Assembly: GCF_006345805.1 (NCBI RefSeq)
Contig: NC_043006.1
Location: 12,586,001 to 12,650,000 of the forward strand
DNA length: 64,000 nt
Source of the DNA: Octopus sinensis
Taxonomy: Eukaryota
Direction of reading: 5' to 3'
Shown: positions 49,943 to 62,465 of the stretch, piece by piece
Position numbering within the stretch: position 1 is the first letter of the stretch
How the letters are laid out: each line of letters opens with the position of its first letter
Program-made: the position numbers and the translations under genes
The notes under the pieces: model-generated
Seen by the model: only the letters and a program-made list of their open reading frames with translations
The model's database searches: none
Told to the model about the DNA's origin: nothing

Positions 49943-50769
49943 TGTGTTTGTGTGTGAGTGTGTACGTACATACATTACATACATATGAATATATATATAT
50001 ATATAAATATATATATAAGAACCGGAAAGACGAAGATACAAAGTATAGAGTTCCAGGAATGGCTCTGATCGATTCCTCGCCGTATTCAATGTATTCAAAG
50101 AACATCCAACGTGAAGATAAGCTCGCGTATAGAAAATATCAAACTATAATATTTGATAGTATGATAATAACTATACACTTGGTGAATGACCACATGAATA
50201 AATAACCACATATTTGACAAAGGAATATAGCTCAATGCTACGGCATGTATTGAATGTTTAAGGAGCAAGCACATATGTATACACGTGACGAATCTTCCGT
50301 CGGTAGCGACGGTTAGTATTTGTACTTCGATCAACGGAACAGTCTACGTAGTTTTATTGTCGTCTCGGTGGCTAATTCCATACTAACTCTTAATATGATA
50401 GTCAGGGAGAATCTGGGTGATACTCCGTATGTAACGTAGGATCCTAGTATTACGGGTACCACTGTTTCATCAAACGTGTGTTTATCAAGTTCTCGTATAA
50501 CCGATTTTTGTCATACAAATTAGTCGATCTGAAATTACAGTAAATGACAGCTGAATAAGAGTCACGTCGTGGGAACGAACGTGATACCTCACTGTTTGGA
50601 AGTTTCTACTTAGCTACATAGATATGCTCCAATTCGCACATGCATACATAGAACTATACATACATGCATATTTACATACGCACGTACATATGCGCGGAGA
50701 CAAAGACATACGCACATACATATATACATACATACATACATAAACTTGGATAAACTTAGATATGTTTCG

Positions 50770-51172
50770 ACCAAAGATTGGTCCAGGCCATGTCTAACTT
50801 AATAGCACCACCTGATAGGATTATTCGAATCCTGTTTAAGTCAAGTTTTGTTCAAGTAGTGAGTTCTTGTTGGGTGAGTTGTATCCAATGTTGTTCAAGT
50901 AGTGAGTTCTTGTTGGGTGAGTTGTATCCAATTATGGGTGGCTTATCTGGTATTCTTTAAAGGAATCTATCCAGACTCCGTTTAAAGTTGATCGGATCTT
51001 TTTCGTCTTTGATCTCCTTCGGGACAATGTTAAATAGGGCAGGGCCTGTTGAGGAAAAGAAATTATGTTGCAGTGTACATGTATGTTGTGATCTTGAATT
51101 GGGCAGGGGACGTATAGCCCGTGGTCCAAGTCTTGGATGAACCTTGAAGCTAAAGTTTAGGTCGTTTGGGCA
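50770..51172 (-). mobile_element. CR1/L2-type LINE 3' end with a 43-bp tandem duplication (50848-50932)
   Basis: FKVHPRLGPRAIRP...FFSSTGPALFNIVPKEIKDEKDPINFKRSLDRFL. Confidence 0.8.
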
Positions 51173-51234
51173 AATACATACATACATACATACATACATA
51201 CATACATACATACATACATACATACATACATACA

Positions 51235-51370
51235 AATTACATTTCCAGGTTTATACTTGTAATTATTGGGTCCTGGGATATGTAACTGAATTCCCAAATA
51301 CCAATCTTGAGAAATTAGGCTTCTCAAATCCAGAAAGGAGAAAACTAATTCGAAGACTGCATATCCTTTT
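51235..51370 (+). mobile_element. RLE LINE C-terminal fragment (family of 13400-14250)
   Basis: NTNLEKLGFSNPERRKLIRRL. Confidence 0.85.
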
Positions 51371-51389
51371 CTACACTAGGCACTAAGCC

Positions 51390-51580
51390 TAAAATATTTG
51401 GTGAGGGTATCAGTCGATCTGATCGACTGCAGTACGCAACTGGTACTTAATCTATCGAACCCGATAGGATGAAAGGCAAAGTTGACTTCAGGGAAATTTG
51501 AACACAGAACGTAAAGACGGACGTAATACCGGTAAGTATTTCGCCTGGCGTGCTAACGTTTCTGCCAGCTCACCGCCTTT
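51390..51580 (-). mobile_element. SINE family A
   Basis: Reverse-complement head and core. Confidence 0.85.
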
Positions 51581-51707
51581 CGAAGACTACGTTTCAAAGC
51601 CATCACTGAAACAGTTTATCATTTAAGTATATATGAGTATGTCTATATATAGAAGTCTATGCTTGAGAAAACGTACACAAAACAAAACATACAAATCTGC
51701 ACGTATA

Positions 51708-51793
<86 letters not shown>

Positions 51794-51798
51794 ATATA

Positions 51799-51831
<33 letters not shown>

Positions 51832-51855
51832 CGTGTGTGTGTGTATATATATATA

Positions 51856-51939
<84 letters not shown>

Positions 51940-52862
51940 TGTGTGTGTGTGCGTGTATATATATATAATATATATATACATACATACATGACTTGTTTCT
52001 AAGCTAGAAACTAACTCATTGATTATTGGTGAACATTTTGAAAAATATAGCCAAGAATATATATATGTACGACAACATACACGCACACGGGCACACACAA
52101 ACACACATAAACATACACACACACACACACACAAATACACACAGATATAGATGAGTAATACAAGATTTGGATACAGAAAAATGTGCGGCTATCAAAGAAA
52201 GCTCCTCTTGAGGACTCGGCTAACAGTGGACAACAAAGTGCAAATGTAGAGCGTTCATCTAACTGAACTTCCAGAAACTCAGTCGACGAAGATATTACAT
52301 GGAGAGTACGTAAAACCTCCAAACTTTATTGTTTTATACATATACTAAATATTCATAGCTAGACATAAAGACAAACATAAAGACAGGCTGACAGGTAGAC
52401 TGATAGACAAGCAGACACAATTAAGCAGACAGACAGACATACATACATACAGACAGACAGACAGATAGACAGATATGTGCATATGCATACACGTATATAT
52501 GTATAGGTAAACGTTTCAATGGGTATATTTATTAATGTATGTATGCGTACTTGCGTATGTATGTTTGTGTGTGTCTGTGTGTCCGTGTGTAAGTGACGTA
52601 AAGATGTAGCCACCATTATTTCTGCAAGAATACGACGGAAGTCTGTAGCTGATCAGTGTCTAAACTGCCGAAAAATAGCAAAAAGCTATCTACATATCTA
52701 CAAACATATACAAACACACACACACACATATATGCTTATATAGATATTATGTATGTATATATATATACTTATGAAATATGTATGTATATGTATACATATA
52801 TATGAAATATGTATGTATATATACATATGAAATTTGCATGTATATATATATATATATATAAG

Positions 52863-52898
<36 letters not shown>

Positions 52899-53125
52899 AG
52901 GTTTGGAGATGATGTACAGGTATTATATATTAGAAGAAATGAGGTAATCAGAAGATCGGATGGTTTATATTTACAGATATTTATTTATATATTACATTTT
53001 TTACATCTATATCATATCACTTAGATCATTAGCGCTTTCTCCCATTCTAGTGGCGTTTTCAAATCAAAATAAAAAAAATATATATATAAGAAATATGTGT
53101 ATATATATATATATTATATATATAT

Positions 53126-53175
<50 letters not shown>

Positions 53176-53217
53176 CATACATACATACATATACATACAT
53201 ACATACATACATACACA

Positions 53218-53251
<34 letters not shown>

Positions 53252-53942
53252 CATACATACATATATAAGTCAAAGAAATTCCCACTTTGATTTTCACATT
53301 TTATTTACAATCTTATAATAAAATAAGATAATATTATATGAAATGATAGAATATCAAATGTCCATTCTGATTGAACTATCGCTTCATGCATTAAACCATG
53401 CAATCTTCAGGTTCAAGTGCTGACAGTTATGTTTTACAATTTTCAACGAATATTACTTATGTGTGTGTGTGTGTATGTGTGCGTACATATGTGTTTGTCT
53501 GTTCAGCTTTTGCCGAACGAGCTGTGCAAGTGATTTGTTCTGTAGTGATCAAATATATATGTGTGTCACACATTAACTCACTCTCTCCCTCCAATCAAAC
53601 AGGTGCATGGTGTACCACATGTCAAGTGTCAAATTAATCGCAAGAGCACCGTGGAATGAAATATTTTGCTCAAGAACACAACCCACCACCCTCTCTAGGA
53701 ATTACTGAAACCAGGATCTCGTGATCGTGGGTGCAAAACTCTGACCTCCAGGTCATATGCATAAATATGCACTGCTCAGCAACTTACAAGTTGATGCAGT
53801 TGATACATCAAATGGAAACTTGTAGTCGAGTGTCGGAAATCTACCAGAATCATTCACAAAATATGCATTACATAAAAATTTACCTTAACCATCTATCTTA
53901 ACGTATGTTCTCAAGAACAAATACGTACATAACGATATTCAG

Positions 53943-53981
<39 letters not shown>

Positions 53982-54290
53982 TGGGCACACGGCTTAGTGA
54001 TTAGGGCATACGGCTCATGATCGTAAGGTTGTGATTTCGATTCCTGGCGACGCGTTGTGTCATTGAACAAGACACTTTATTTCACGTTGATCCAGTTCAC
54101 TCAGCAGGCAAAAGTGAGTAGTACCTGTATTTCAGAAAAGGGACAGTCTTGTCACACCCTATGTTACGCTGAATCTCCTTGCGAACTATGTTAAGATTAC
54201 ACGTGTCTGTGGAATGCTCTCCCAGTTGCAATTTAATTTGACGAGCAAGCTGCTCCGTTGATCGTCGTCGTAAGCGACGGAGTGCTCCTT
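53982..54290 (+). mobile_element. tRNA-derived SINE family C
   Basis: As for 48385-48693. Confidence 0.85.
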
Positions 54291-54384
54291 TATATATATA
54301 CATATATATATAAGATAGATAGATTCAGATGAATCTGAATCTATTCTGGTTGAGGTACCAGAATTTAGTATGGTATTATCCATA

Positions 54385-54465
54385 CAATTCCAAAATAAGG
54401 TAATTAAAATAAAAATAAGCAACAAGGATATCCGGATGTAATAGCTCATTTTGATTTTAATTACC

Positions 54466-54470
<5 letters not shown>
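54385..54470. repeat. Short fold-back (~25-bp arms) in a Penelope-like piece
   Basis: taaggtaattaaaataaaaataagc ... gctcattttgattttaattacctta. Confidence 0.75.
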
Positions 54471-54552
<82 letters not shown>

Positions 54553-55127
54553 CATATACATATATACATACATATATGTATATATAGGCATATGTGTATG
54601 TGAAAGCGTGCGTGCATTTTGTTCCAGACATAGTGCTAATGTAACTCCCAAATTCTGAAATTACACCTCGGTGTATACTCTTCCTCGTGCTAATTGCTGA
54701 AGCTAACTTGAATATTGTATATTCGATCAATTATTGGCACACAAGAGAACAAGTGAACTGACAGACATTCTTCAAAATTGTCCATTCCATCGATATAAAG
54801 TCAATATACACATTGAATCGAAGACGTTAATCTCAGTATAATAATCGAATTTTGAATGGAAAATTGATACTGTGAAAATTTCTATACTCTTCAGAAGCGC
54901 TTCAAGAATTGTCATTCATGTGTAAACAGAAAGGAACAAATGGTATTTCATTCTAATTATATATTGTAAGAAAAGTAAATTTATTTAAAATCTTTTTTTT
55001 TTAAATAAATCTTATGATTACAGCTTACTTCAACCGTAATATTCTATACAGTGGTTGTCTCTTTCATTTATATATTATATATTTAATCATCGTCATCATC
55101 ATTATTATTATCATTAGTAGTAGTATT

Positions 55128-55378
55128 ATTCTATGTTTGACTTTTGCTTTACATTTGTACAGGTTGGCTCCAAGGCTCACCAAGAGACCTCAAGAGACAA
55201 CAAGTTGGAAGTTCATGTTGGTGTTATGCCTAGGGTGCCATATTTTTGGTTTTGTACTTAGTGTTGTACTAGTGAATGCCTAAACACACATAGGAAAATT
55301 ATGTTTGTTTTAAAACCTGAGATTACATAGAAAGTATTTTGCGTAGGAAATGAGCAGTTCCCATGAGCACTATCTTTT
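55128..55378 (-). mobile_element. Dong/R4-like alpha 3' end
   Basis: Same UTR as 9361-9690; flanked by (ATT)n-like tracts. Confidence 0.88.
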
Positions 55379-55394
55379 TATTATTATTATTATG

Positions 55395-55580
55395 AAGGCG
55401 GCGAGCTGGATGAAGTGCTTAGGGGTATTTCGCCCATCGCTCCGTTCGGTAGTGGTCGACTTTACCATTCATTCTTTCGGGGTCGATAAATTAAGTACCT
55501 GTCGAGTACTGGGGTCGATGTAATCGACTTAATCCGCGCCTCCTAAATTTCGGGCATTGTGCCTATAATACAAAGTGCTA
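55395..55580 (+). mobile_element. SINE family A
   Basis: Head and core motifs. Confidence 0.8.
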
Positions 55581-55609
55581 TCTTTATTATTATTAAGACA
55601 GTGAGCTGA

Positions 55610-55717
55610 CACGACTTATTCTTTGTAAGCCTAGTACTTATTCTATTGGCTTGTTTTGCAGGGACATAAACCCACCAACATCGGTTACTAGGCGATGGTG
55701 GGGGACAAACACAGACG

Positions 55718-55769
<52 letters not shown>

Positions 55770-55974
55770 ATTTCTATCAATATATATATATATATTGATA
55801 GAAATGGCAAGACAACAAACGAATGAGACCTCGATAATATGTAAGTACAGGAATTCATCTGTAATATATGTGACAATTATTCGGTAGCCATGATAAAACT
55901 CCAAGTTTCGGATGTCGGGGCGGAAACCAACGCCGGTATCTCTTCAGTTATCGGGCCATCGAAAAAATGCTATG

Positions 55975-56008
<34 letters not shown>

Positions 56009-56170
56009 ACGAGCTTCTTTTGAAGTTTCCGTCTACTAAGTTCACTCACAAGACTTTGGTCGGCCCAGGGCTATAGTAGAAGACATTTGCCCAAAGTGCC
56101 ATGCAAAGGGACTGAACCCGGAACCATGTGGTTGGGAAGCAGATTTCTTATCACACAACCACTCGCCTAT
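55610..56170 (-). mobile_element. SINE family B with a Penelope-like insertion (~55765-55975) in its (TA)n
   Basis: Split SINE; the insertion end is a palindrome tgccatttctatcaa(ta)n ttgatagaaatggca. Confidence 0.88.
55885..55958 (-). ncRNA. Type I hammerhead ribozyme motif, near-intact
   Basis: Stem I tggcc-c-gataa / ttatc-at-ggcta; CUGAAGA; stem II gat..ggcg/cgcc..atc; GAAAC; stem III acu-ugg-agu; GUU cleavage triplet, predicted cut between 55897 and 55896. Confidence 0.7.
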
Positions 56171-56229
56171 AGTAGAATTATTATTATTATTATTATCATC
56201 ATTATTATTGTTGTTATTATTATTATTAT

Positions 56230-56760
56230 GAAAGCGGTGGGCTGGCAGAATCGTTAGCACGCTGGACGAAATGCTTAGCGGTATTCCCCACGTCGCTCAG
56301 TTCTTAGTGCGAATCCCGTCGAGGTCGACTTTGCCTTTTATCCTCCCGGGGTGGATAAAAATAAGTACCGGTAGGAAACTTGGGTCGATGTAATCTACTC
56401 ATCTCTTCCCCCAAAATGCTGCCCTTCTGGTAAAATTTTACACCATTATTATTATTATTATTAAAGCTGTGAGCTGGCAGAATCGTTAGCACGCTGGGCA
56501 AAATATTTAATGGTGTTCAGGACTTCTTGACATTCTGGATTCAAATCCTACCGAAGTCGACTTTGCCCTTCATCTTTTCAGGGTCGATAAAATAAGAACT
56601 TTCTGGCCTTGTGCCAAAATTTTAAACCATTATTCTTATAATTAGAGCTGTGAGCTGCCAAAATCTTTAGCCCAGTGAAGAATGCCTGGCTGCATCTCTT
56701 CTAGCTCTACGCTCTTGGTACAAATTCCATCAACATCGACTTTGCTTTTCAATGTATCAA
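56230..56760 (+). mobile_element. Train of three headed SINE-A copies separated by (ATT)n tails
   Basis: Heads at about 56232, 56463 and 56645. Confidence 0.85.
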
Positions 56761-56789
56761 TCGAAAACGGATTACTATGTAGTCTTATT

Positions 56790-57110
56790 TTCTTATTGCA
56801 TACTTTCATTGCTCTATCAAGCGCAGCGCTGTGTGCCTTTCATATTTGCTATGGTTTGTTTTGGTCTTTATTTTTATACCTGCTTCCTTCTGAATTAAAA
56901 ATGCTCTCGTATGTCTGATGTGTACAGTGCCTAGCACTTTTATTTTCTAAATGCAATATATTTATTTGTGAGTCCTAACTTTTGGTTACGTATCCGTCTG
57001 CATGTTTTTTGATAAATTCTCAAAGCACTTATTATAGGAATTTTTCCTCTTTGCAAGCCTCATATTCTGGTTATATTTATTTCCAGACTTTCATTTATGG
57101 ATTAACTTCG
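56790..57110 (-). mobile_element. Old Dong-like gamma 3' end
   Basis: gcgcagcgctgtgtgcc and gatgtgtacagtgcctag match 9050-9150. Confidence 0.6.
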
Positions 57111-57271
57111 TTTCTCTTTGAAATACATTGTCGCTGTTGAGGCTAATAAGTCGATTAGGAGGCATTTTGTTTTCTTGTCATTGACAACAATATCTGTTCA
57201 ATTAGCCTTCATCTCCATATTTGTGTGTATTGCAATATTCGGGGGCATTTTCTGAAACCTTTTCAAAACTA

Positions 57272-57688
57272 TACTCTTTTACTCTTTTACTTGTTTCAGT
57301 CATTTGACTGCGGCCATGCTGGAGCACCACCTTTACTCGAGCAAATCGACCCCGGGACTTATTCTTTGCAAGCCCAGTACTTATTCTATCGGTCTGTTTT
57401 GCCGAACCGCTAGGTGACGGGGACGTAAACACACCATCATCGGTTGTCAAGCAATGCTAGAGGGACAAACACAGACACACAAACATATACACACACATAC
57501 ATATATATATATATATACGACAGACTTCTTTCAATTTCCTTCTACCAAATCCACTCACAAGGCATTGGTCGGCCCGGGGCTATAGCAGTAGACACTTGCC
57601 CAAGATGCCACGCAGTAGGACTGAACCCGCCCGGAACCATGTGGTTGGTTAGCAAGCTACTTACCACATAGCCACTCCTGCGCCTATC
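57272..57688 (-). mobile_element. SINE family B, full length
   Basis: Head and tail motifs. Confidence 0.92.
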
Positions 57689-57742
57689 TATTTTCTGTTG
57701 ACATTATATAGTGCTGGCGTGTAAGTCTCAATTTAGTGATGT

Positions 57743-57782
57743 CTGTGGATATAATCTGTGGATATAATCTGTGGATATAATC
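57743..57782. repeat. 13-bp tandem repeat x3
   Basis: ctgtggatataat repeats. Confidence 0.9.
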
Positions 57783-58111
57783 TTTCTTCGACATCATTGG
57801 GCAGTCAGAGTCAATATGATTTATTGCTTCATCCTCGTATACACATATTCTTTTGTTATTTATTGTTTTTATTGTGTTTTGCTAGATTATCTGATTGGAG
57901 GGGAGTCTTTAATCCTTTGTTGTAATTTAGAACCCTTCAATTTCTGCCGTGAGCCTAATATTACTCAGCCAGTATTGGAACGTTTCTTTGTCTATTTTAA
58001 TTCTGTTCAGCTTATTCCAATTCTTCCATTGTCTTGGATTTTCTCGCATTCATGTTATCATGACATTCTTAGCATCGGGTAGTAGTAGTAGTAGTAGTAG
58101 TAGCAGCAGCT

Positions 58112-58179
<68 letters not shown>

Positions 58180-58290
58180 TTTGATGAAGAGTCACAGCTT
58201 ATTTTGCTGGGTATGATGGAGAGTGTCAGCTATCTACAGCCAGCAGACTGGGATAATCTTTGTTTACTGGTCATGCTTCAAGAACCCAGC
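58180..58290 (-). mobile_element. Dong-like beta 3' UTR fragment
   Basis: Matches about 440-535 (attttgctgggtatgatgga; tgtttactggtcatgcttcaagaaccc). Confidence 0.75.
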
Positions 58291-58378
58291 GAAGAATTAT
58301 TTGTTGTTATTAATACAATATCTTTTCGTTGTCCCCCTCATCCTTCGCCCTTGTGGCAAATAAATGAAACCATTATTA

Positions 58379-58397
<19 letters not shown>

Positions 58398-58410
<13 letters not shown>

Positions 58411-58906
58411 GAGCGAGAGAGCAGTGCATGCCATCAAAGTGACACTGGGGTAAAATATACGAAGCCCAATATACCCATCATGACTACCCGTCTGATAAGG
58501 GTACACCAGGCACATGCATCACGACCATATGTGCGCGACATGGTGATCTCATATCAAGATAAACAGCACATGACCTTGTAGGTGGGGCCTAGTTAGAATT
58601 TTCTTCGGGTTGAGTAGCTCATCCCGCTCAAACGGTCCCTGAATAAGGGTTGTTTAAGGGTGTTGAAAGAACCACCCATGTTTCCAGAGGTGAATTATTC
58701 AAACCCCCAAAATCCCTCTCAACACATGGCTATGATGTTCCCCCACTACTTCTGCTCGTGATCAGAGATGTACGTATCGTCAACCACTAAGGGACATGCT
58801 CAACTGATTAAAGTCAAACAACTGACAAGCAAATCTGTGGTATTGAGCAGAATATTTGCTGTAGCCCATCTTTTATACCAAGACAAAACAATGTACATGA
58901 TAACAC

Positions 58907-58908
<2 letters not shown>
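58398..58908 (-). mobile_element. ~500-bp interspersed repeat flanked by (AAT)n; probable non-LTR 3' UTR
   Basis: Near-identical copy at 59683-60150 and a partial copy at 43225-43490. Confidence 0.75.
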
Positions 58909-58974
<66 letters not shown>

Positions 58975-58997
58975 GATGCTGTTGTTATTATTATTAT

Positions 58998-59585
58998 ATT
59001 TGTGACTTTTGCTTTGCAGTTGTACAAGTTGACTCCAAGTCTGACCCAGAGACCTCAAGAGACAACAAGTTAGAAGCTGAAGTTGGTATTATAAATACGC
59101 TGCCATAATTTTGGTTTTGCACAGAGTATTATTCTAGAGATTGTCTGTCAAAACGCGAGTAAATTAAAGTTTGTTTTAAAAGTAATTTGAGGAGATGATA
59201 ATGTGATCTTAAGATGACTGTAAAAGGTGTGCACTACTATATAAATCTAAAAATACTTTTGATAATGTTTACAGATTAAAATGCTTTTGGAATTCCATAG
59301 ACAATATTTTTCGTAGGATATAAGCAGTTCCCATGAGTAGTATCTTTTTGCTTTTTTTCTGTTTATGGCTTTCCTAGTATCTAAGATGTGTAACAATCCG
59401 TCCTTTTTGCTATCATTCCTAGGAAACCTGTGACATTCTACAAATGTGAGATTCTACATTTTGCCAATTTCTATTTCAAAGACCTTTATACTTGCTCAGT
59501 TTTTGGTAAGTCTTGATAGACATATTTATGTCGATTGGGACAGTAATATCGATGAGGAGGTATGGTTTTGTCTCAAATCCTTCAA
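58998..59585 (-). mobile_element. Dong/R4-like alpha 3' fragment (older copy)
   Basis: Homologous to 1-430 and 9361-9690. Confidence 0.85.
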
Positions 59586-59682
59586 CATGTTTGGCCTATT
59601 AAAGTTTCAAAGGAGTAAAATGCGATCATTTTCAAACACTGGAGGTGATTTGTGTTAACTGCTGCTGCTACTACTACTACTA

Positions 59683-60350
59683 TTGAGTGAGAGAACAGTG
59701 CATGCCATCAAAGTGACACTGGGGTAAAATATACGAAGCCCAGGATACACATCATGACTACCCGTCAGATAAGGGTACATCAGGCACATGCATCACAACC
59801 ATATGTGCGCGACATGGTGATTTCATATCAAGTTAAACAGCATATGACCTTGCAGGTGGGGCCCAGTTGGAAGGTCCTTGAATAAAGGTTGTCTAAGGAT
59901 GTTGAATGAAACACTCATGTTTACAGAGGTGAATTATTCAAACCTCAAAGAATCCCTCTCAATACATGGTTATGATGCTCCCTCACTATTTCTGCTCGTG
60001 ATCAGAGATGCACATATCGTCAGCCACTAATGGACATGCTCAACTGGTTAATGTCAAACACCTGAGAAGCAAATCTGTGGTATTGAGCAGAATATTTGCT
60101 GTAGCCCATCTTTTATACCAAGACAAAACAATGTACATGATAACACTTCCAATCAGTTAAGATGAAAAGCCATGAAAGCCACTGCCTACTTTTAATCTGC
60201 ATCGTTTGTTACAGTTACTTGCCGAGATACACCCAGCGTCCTTGGGCGAGTGAAGGTTAAGTGATGTTATACCATGACTGAATGCTTGGAAAGTGGAGGT
60301 AGCGAAATATCTTCAATACAACACAGACATTTAAATGGATAGGGATTTTT
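59683..60350 (-). mobile_element. Longer copy of the 58398 repeat
   Basis: Extends about 200 bp further 5' than the 58398 copy. Confidence 0.7.
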
Positions 60351-60598
60351 TCTGACATCCCTTTTTTATCCTTTAAGGGTCAATAAAATAAGTAACAGAT
60401 GAATACTGAGTTCGGCATAATCGACTTATGGTCTCCCTCAAAATTGCTGGCTTTGTTCCCTAATTTGAAAGCATTATTAGTCGCCGAGAAGGCAGAAACG
60501 TTAGCGCACCGGACAAAATGCTTACCCCTCCCCCCCCTCGAAGATTGCTGCCCCCGTGGCACAATTTGTAACAATTATTGTTACTACTACTACTACTA

Positions 60599-60632
<34 letters not shown>

Positions 60633-61388
60633 TTTCTACATCATCACCATCATTTCCTTCTACTTAACATTGGTTTGTACAGTGAAGCCGAGAATAGGAA
60701 TTCCATGGTAACATAATTCTCAGACATTAGGTATGAAATCTTAACTGTATGTTATGTCAGTTGTCCATAATCTTAAGCGAATCGAGCGTACAAACTATTC
60801 ATTCACACTTGTGCAATGTAATCTTTCTGACCTGTTCAACAGAAATTTCTATTCCTTGTCAGCTGTAATTAAATCGAAACATCTCTTTGTGCTTAATAAC
60901 AGAAAAATCAATATTTTTTTTTTTCACTTTGATAAACTATTAATGCAATTTTCTTATCTCATAAAACTAATGATATTCAGTCACATAATATCTTTGTTAA
61001 CTTCAAAATGTTATTATTATTATTATTATTATTAGTGTCATTATTATTATTATTATCATCATTATTATTATTATTTTTAGGTATCTTTTCGGTTTTTTTT
61101 TGGGTTTTTTTCTCTTTCTCTTTTAGGTAATAGAAATAGATGAAATCAATAAATCAGGTATCGAAATCGTTATCTTTTCATTACCGGTCGTTAAATTTAT
61201 ACATTCACTTCAAAAAAATATTTTTTTCTTAAATAACAAACAAAAGGAAGACAAATATTTATTTAAAAGCAATACAATAATGAATTGATAAGTAGAAATG
61301 TTTGACCTTTCGTGATCAATAGGAAATAATCAATAATATAAATAAATAAATATATATATTAAAAAAAACAATCAAGTCTCGATAGTAA

Positions 61389-61391
<3 letters not shown>

Positions 61392-61439
<48 letters not shown>

Positions 61440-61694
61440 AAGAAAAAATTAAGATAGAATGTAAGAGAGAGCGAGAGAAAGAAAGAGAGAGAGAGAGAGA
61501 ATCTACTACGTACAATGTGGTTGAACTTCGAATCGTTTTGTTGATGTTAGGAGCCATTATGTAGCTACCGATGTAACCGATATAATGAAAGCTTTGCTTC
61601 GTTACAATTCTATATATTTAAAGTTTCTATTTGTGTGTCAATTTCAATGACGTTTTTATTCGAAAATTGATTTATTTGTCCTATCTTGTTATTA

Positions 61695-61780
<86 letters not shown>
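61392..61780. repeat. (GA)n tracts (61392-61500) and (CT)n tract (61699-61779)
   Basis: Direct reading. Confidence 0.9.
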
Positions 61781-61782
<2 letters not shown>

Positions 61783-61929
61783 TCCTTATATCCCGCTTGC
61801 ACACAAGCACATACAATGTCATACATTTATAGTCAGAGTTATTTCCCTTTAACCATATTAGCTCGGTTAATTCCAAATTTAGTATCCGAACTTATAAAAT
61901 TTAACTACATATTCTCATTTTACTTTCTT

Positions 61930-62465
61930 TCATTCTTTTACTTGTTTCAGTCACTTGACTGCGGCCATGCTGGAGCACTGCCTTTAGTCGACCAAATCGA
62001 TCCCACGACTTATTCTTTGTAAGCCTAGTACTTATTCTGTCGGTCGCTTTTGCCGAACCGCTTAGTTACGGGGACGTAAACACACCACCAACGGTTGTCA
62101 AGCGATGTTGGTGGGGACAGACACAGACACACAAACATATACATACATACATATATGTGTGTGTGTGTGCATATATACGACGGCTTTCTTTCGCCGAACC
62201 GCTAAGTGAAGGGGACGTAAACACACCACCAACGGTTGTCAAGCGATGTTGGAGAGACAAACACAGACGCACAAACATATACACACCCATACATATATAC
62301 GACGGGCTTCTTTCACTTTCCGTTTACCATATCTACTCACAAGGATTTGGTCGGCCCGAGCCTATAGTAGAAGACACTTGCCCAAGGTGCCACGCAGTAG
62401 GACAGAACCCAGAACCATGTGGTTGGTAAGCAAGCTACTTTCCATACAGCCATTCCTGCGCCTAT
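61930..62465 (-). mobile_element. SINE family B with internal ~135-bp tandem duplication
   Basis: gccgaaccgct..gacgtaaacacaccaccaacggttgtcaagcg..atacgacgg occurs twice (about 62050 and 62192). Confidence 0.9.

Noticed and set aside
54310-54450. Signal-anchor-like ORF MSYYIRISLLLIFILITLFWNC...
   Set aside because: Lies in a fold-back Penelope-like piece between (TA)n tracts; the hydrophobicity comes from T-rich repeat DNA.
61392-61780. (GA)n/(CT)n tracts as the promoter of the minus-strand gene
   Set aside because: Such tracts are common in this window and no first exon or TSS evidence is visible.
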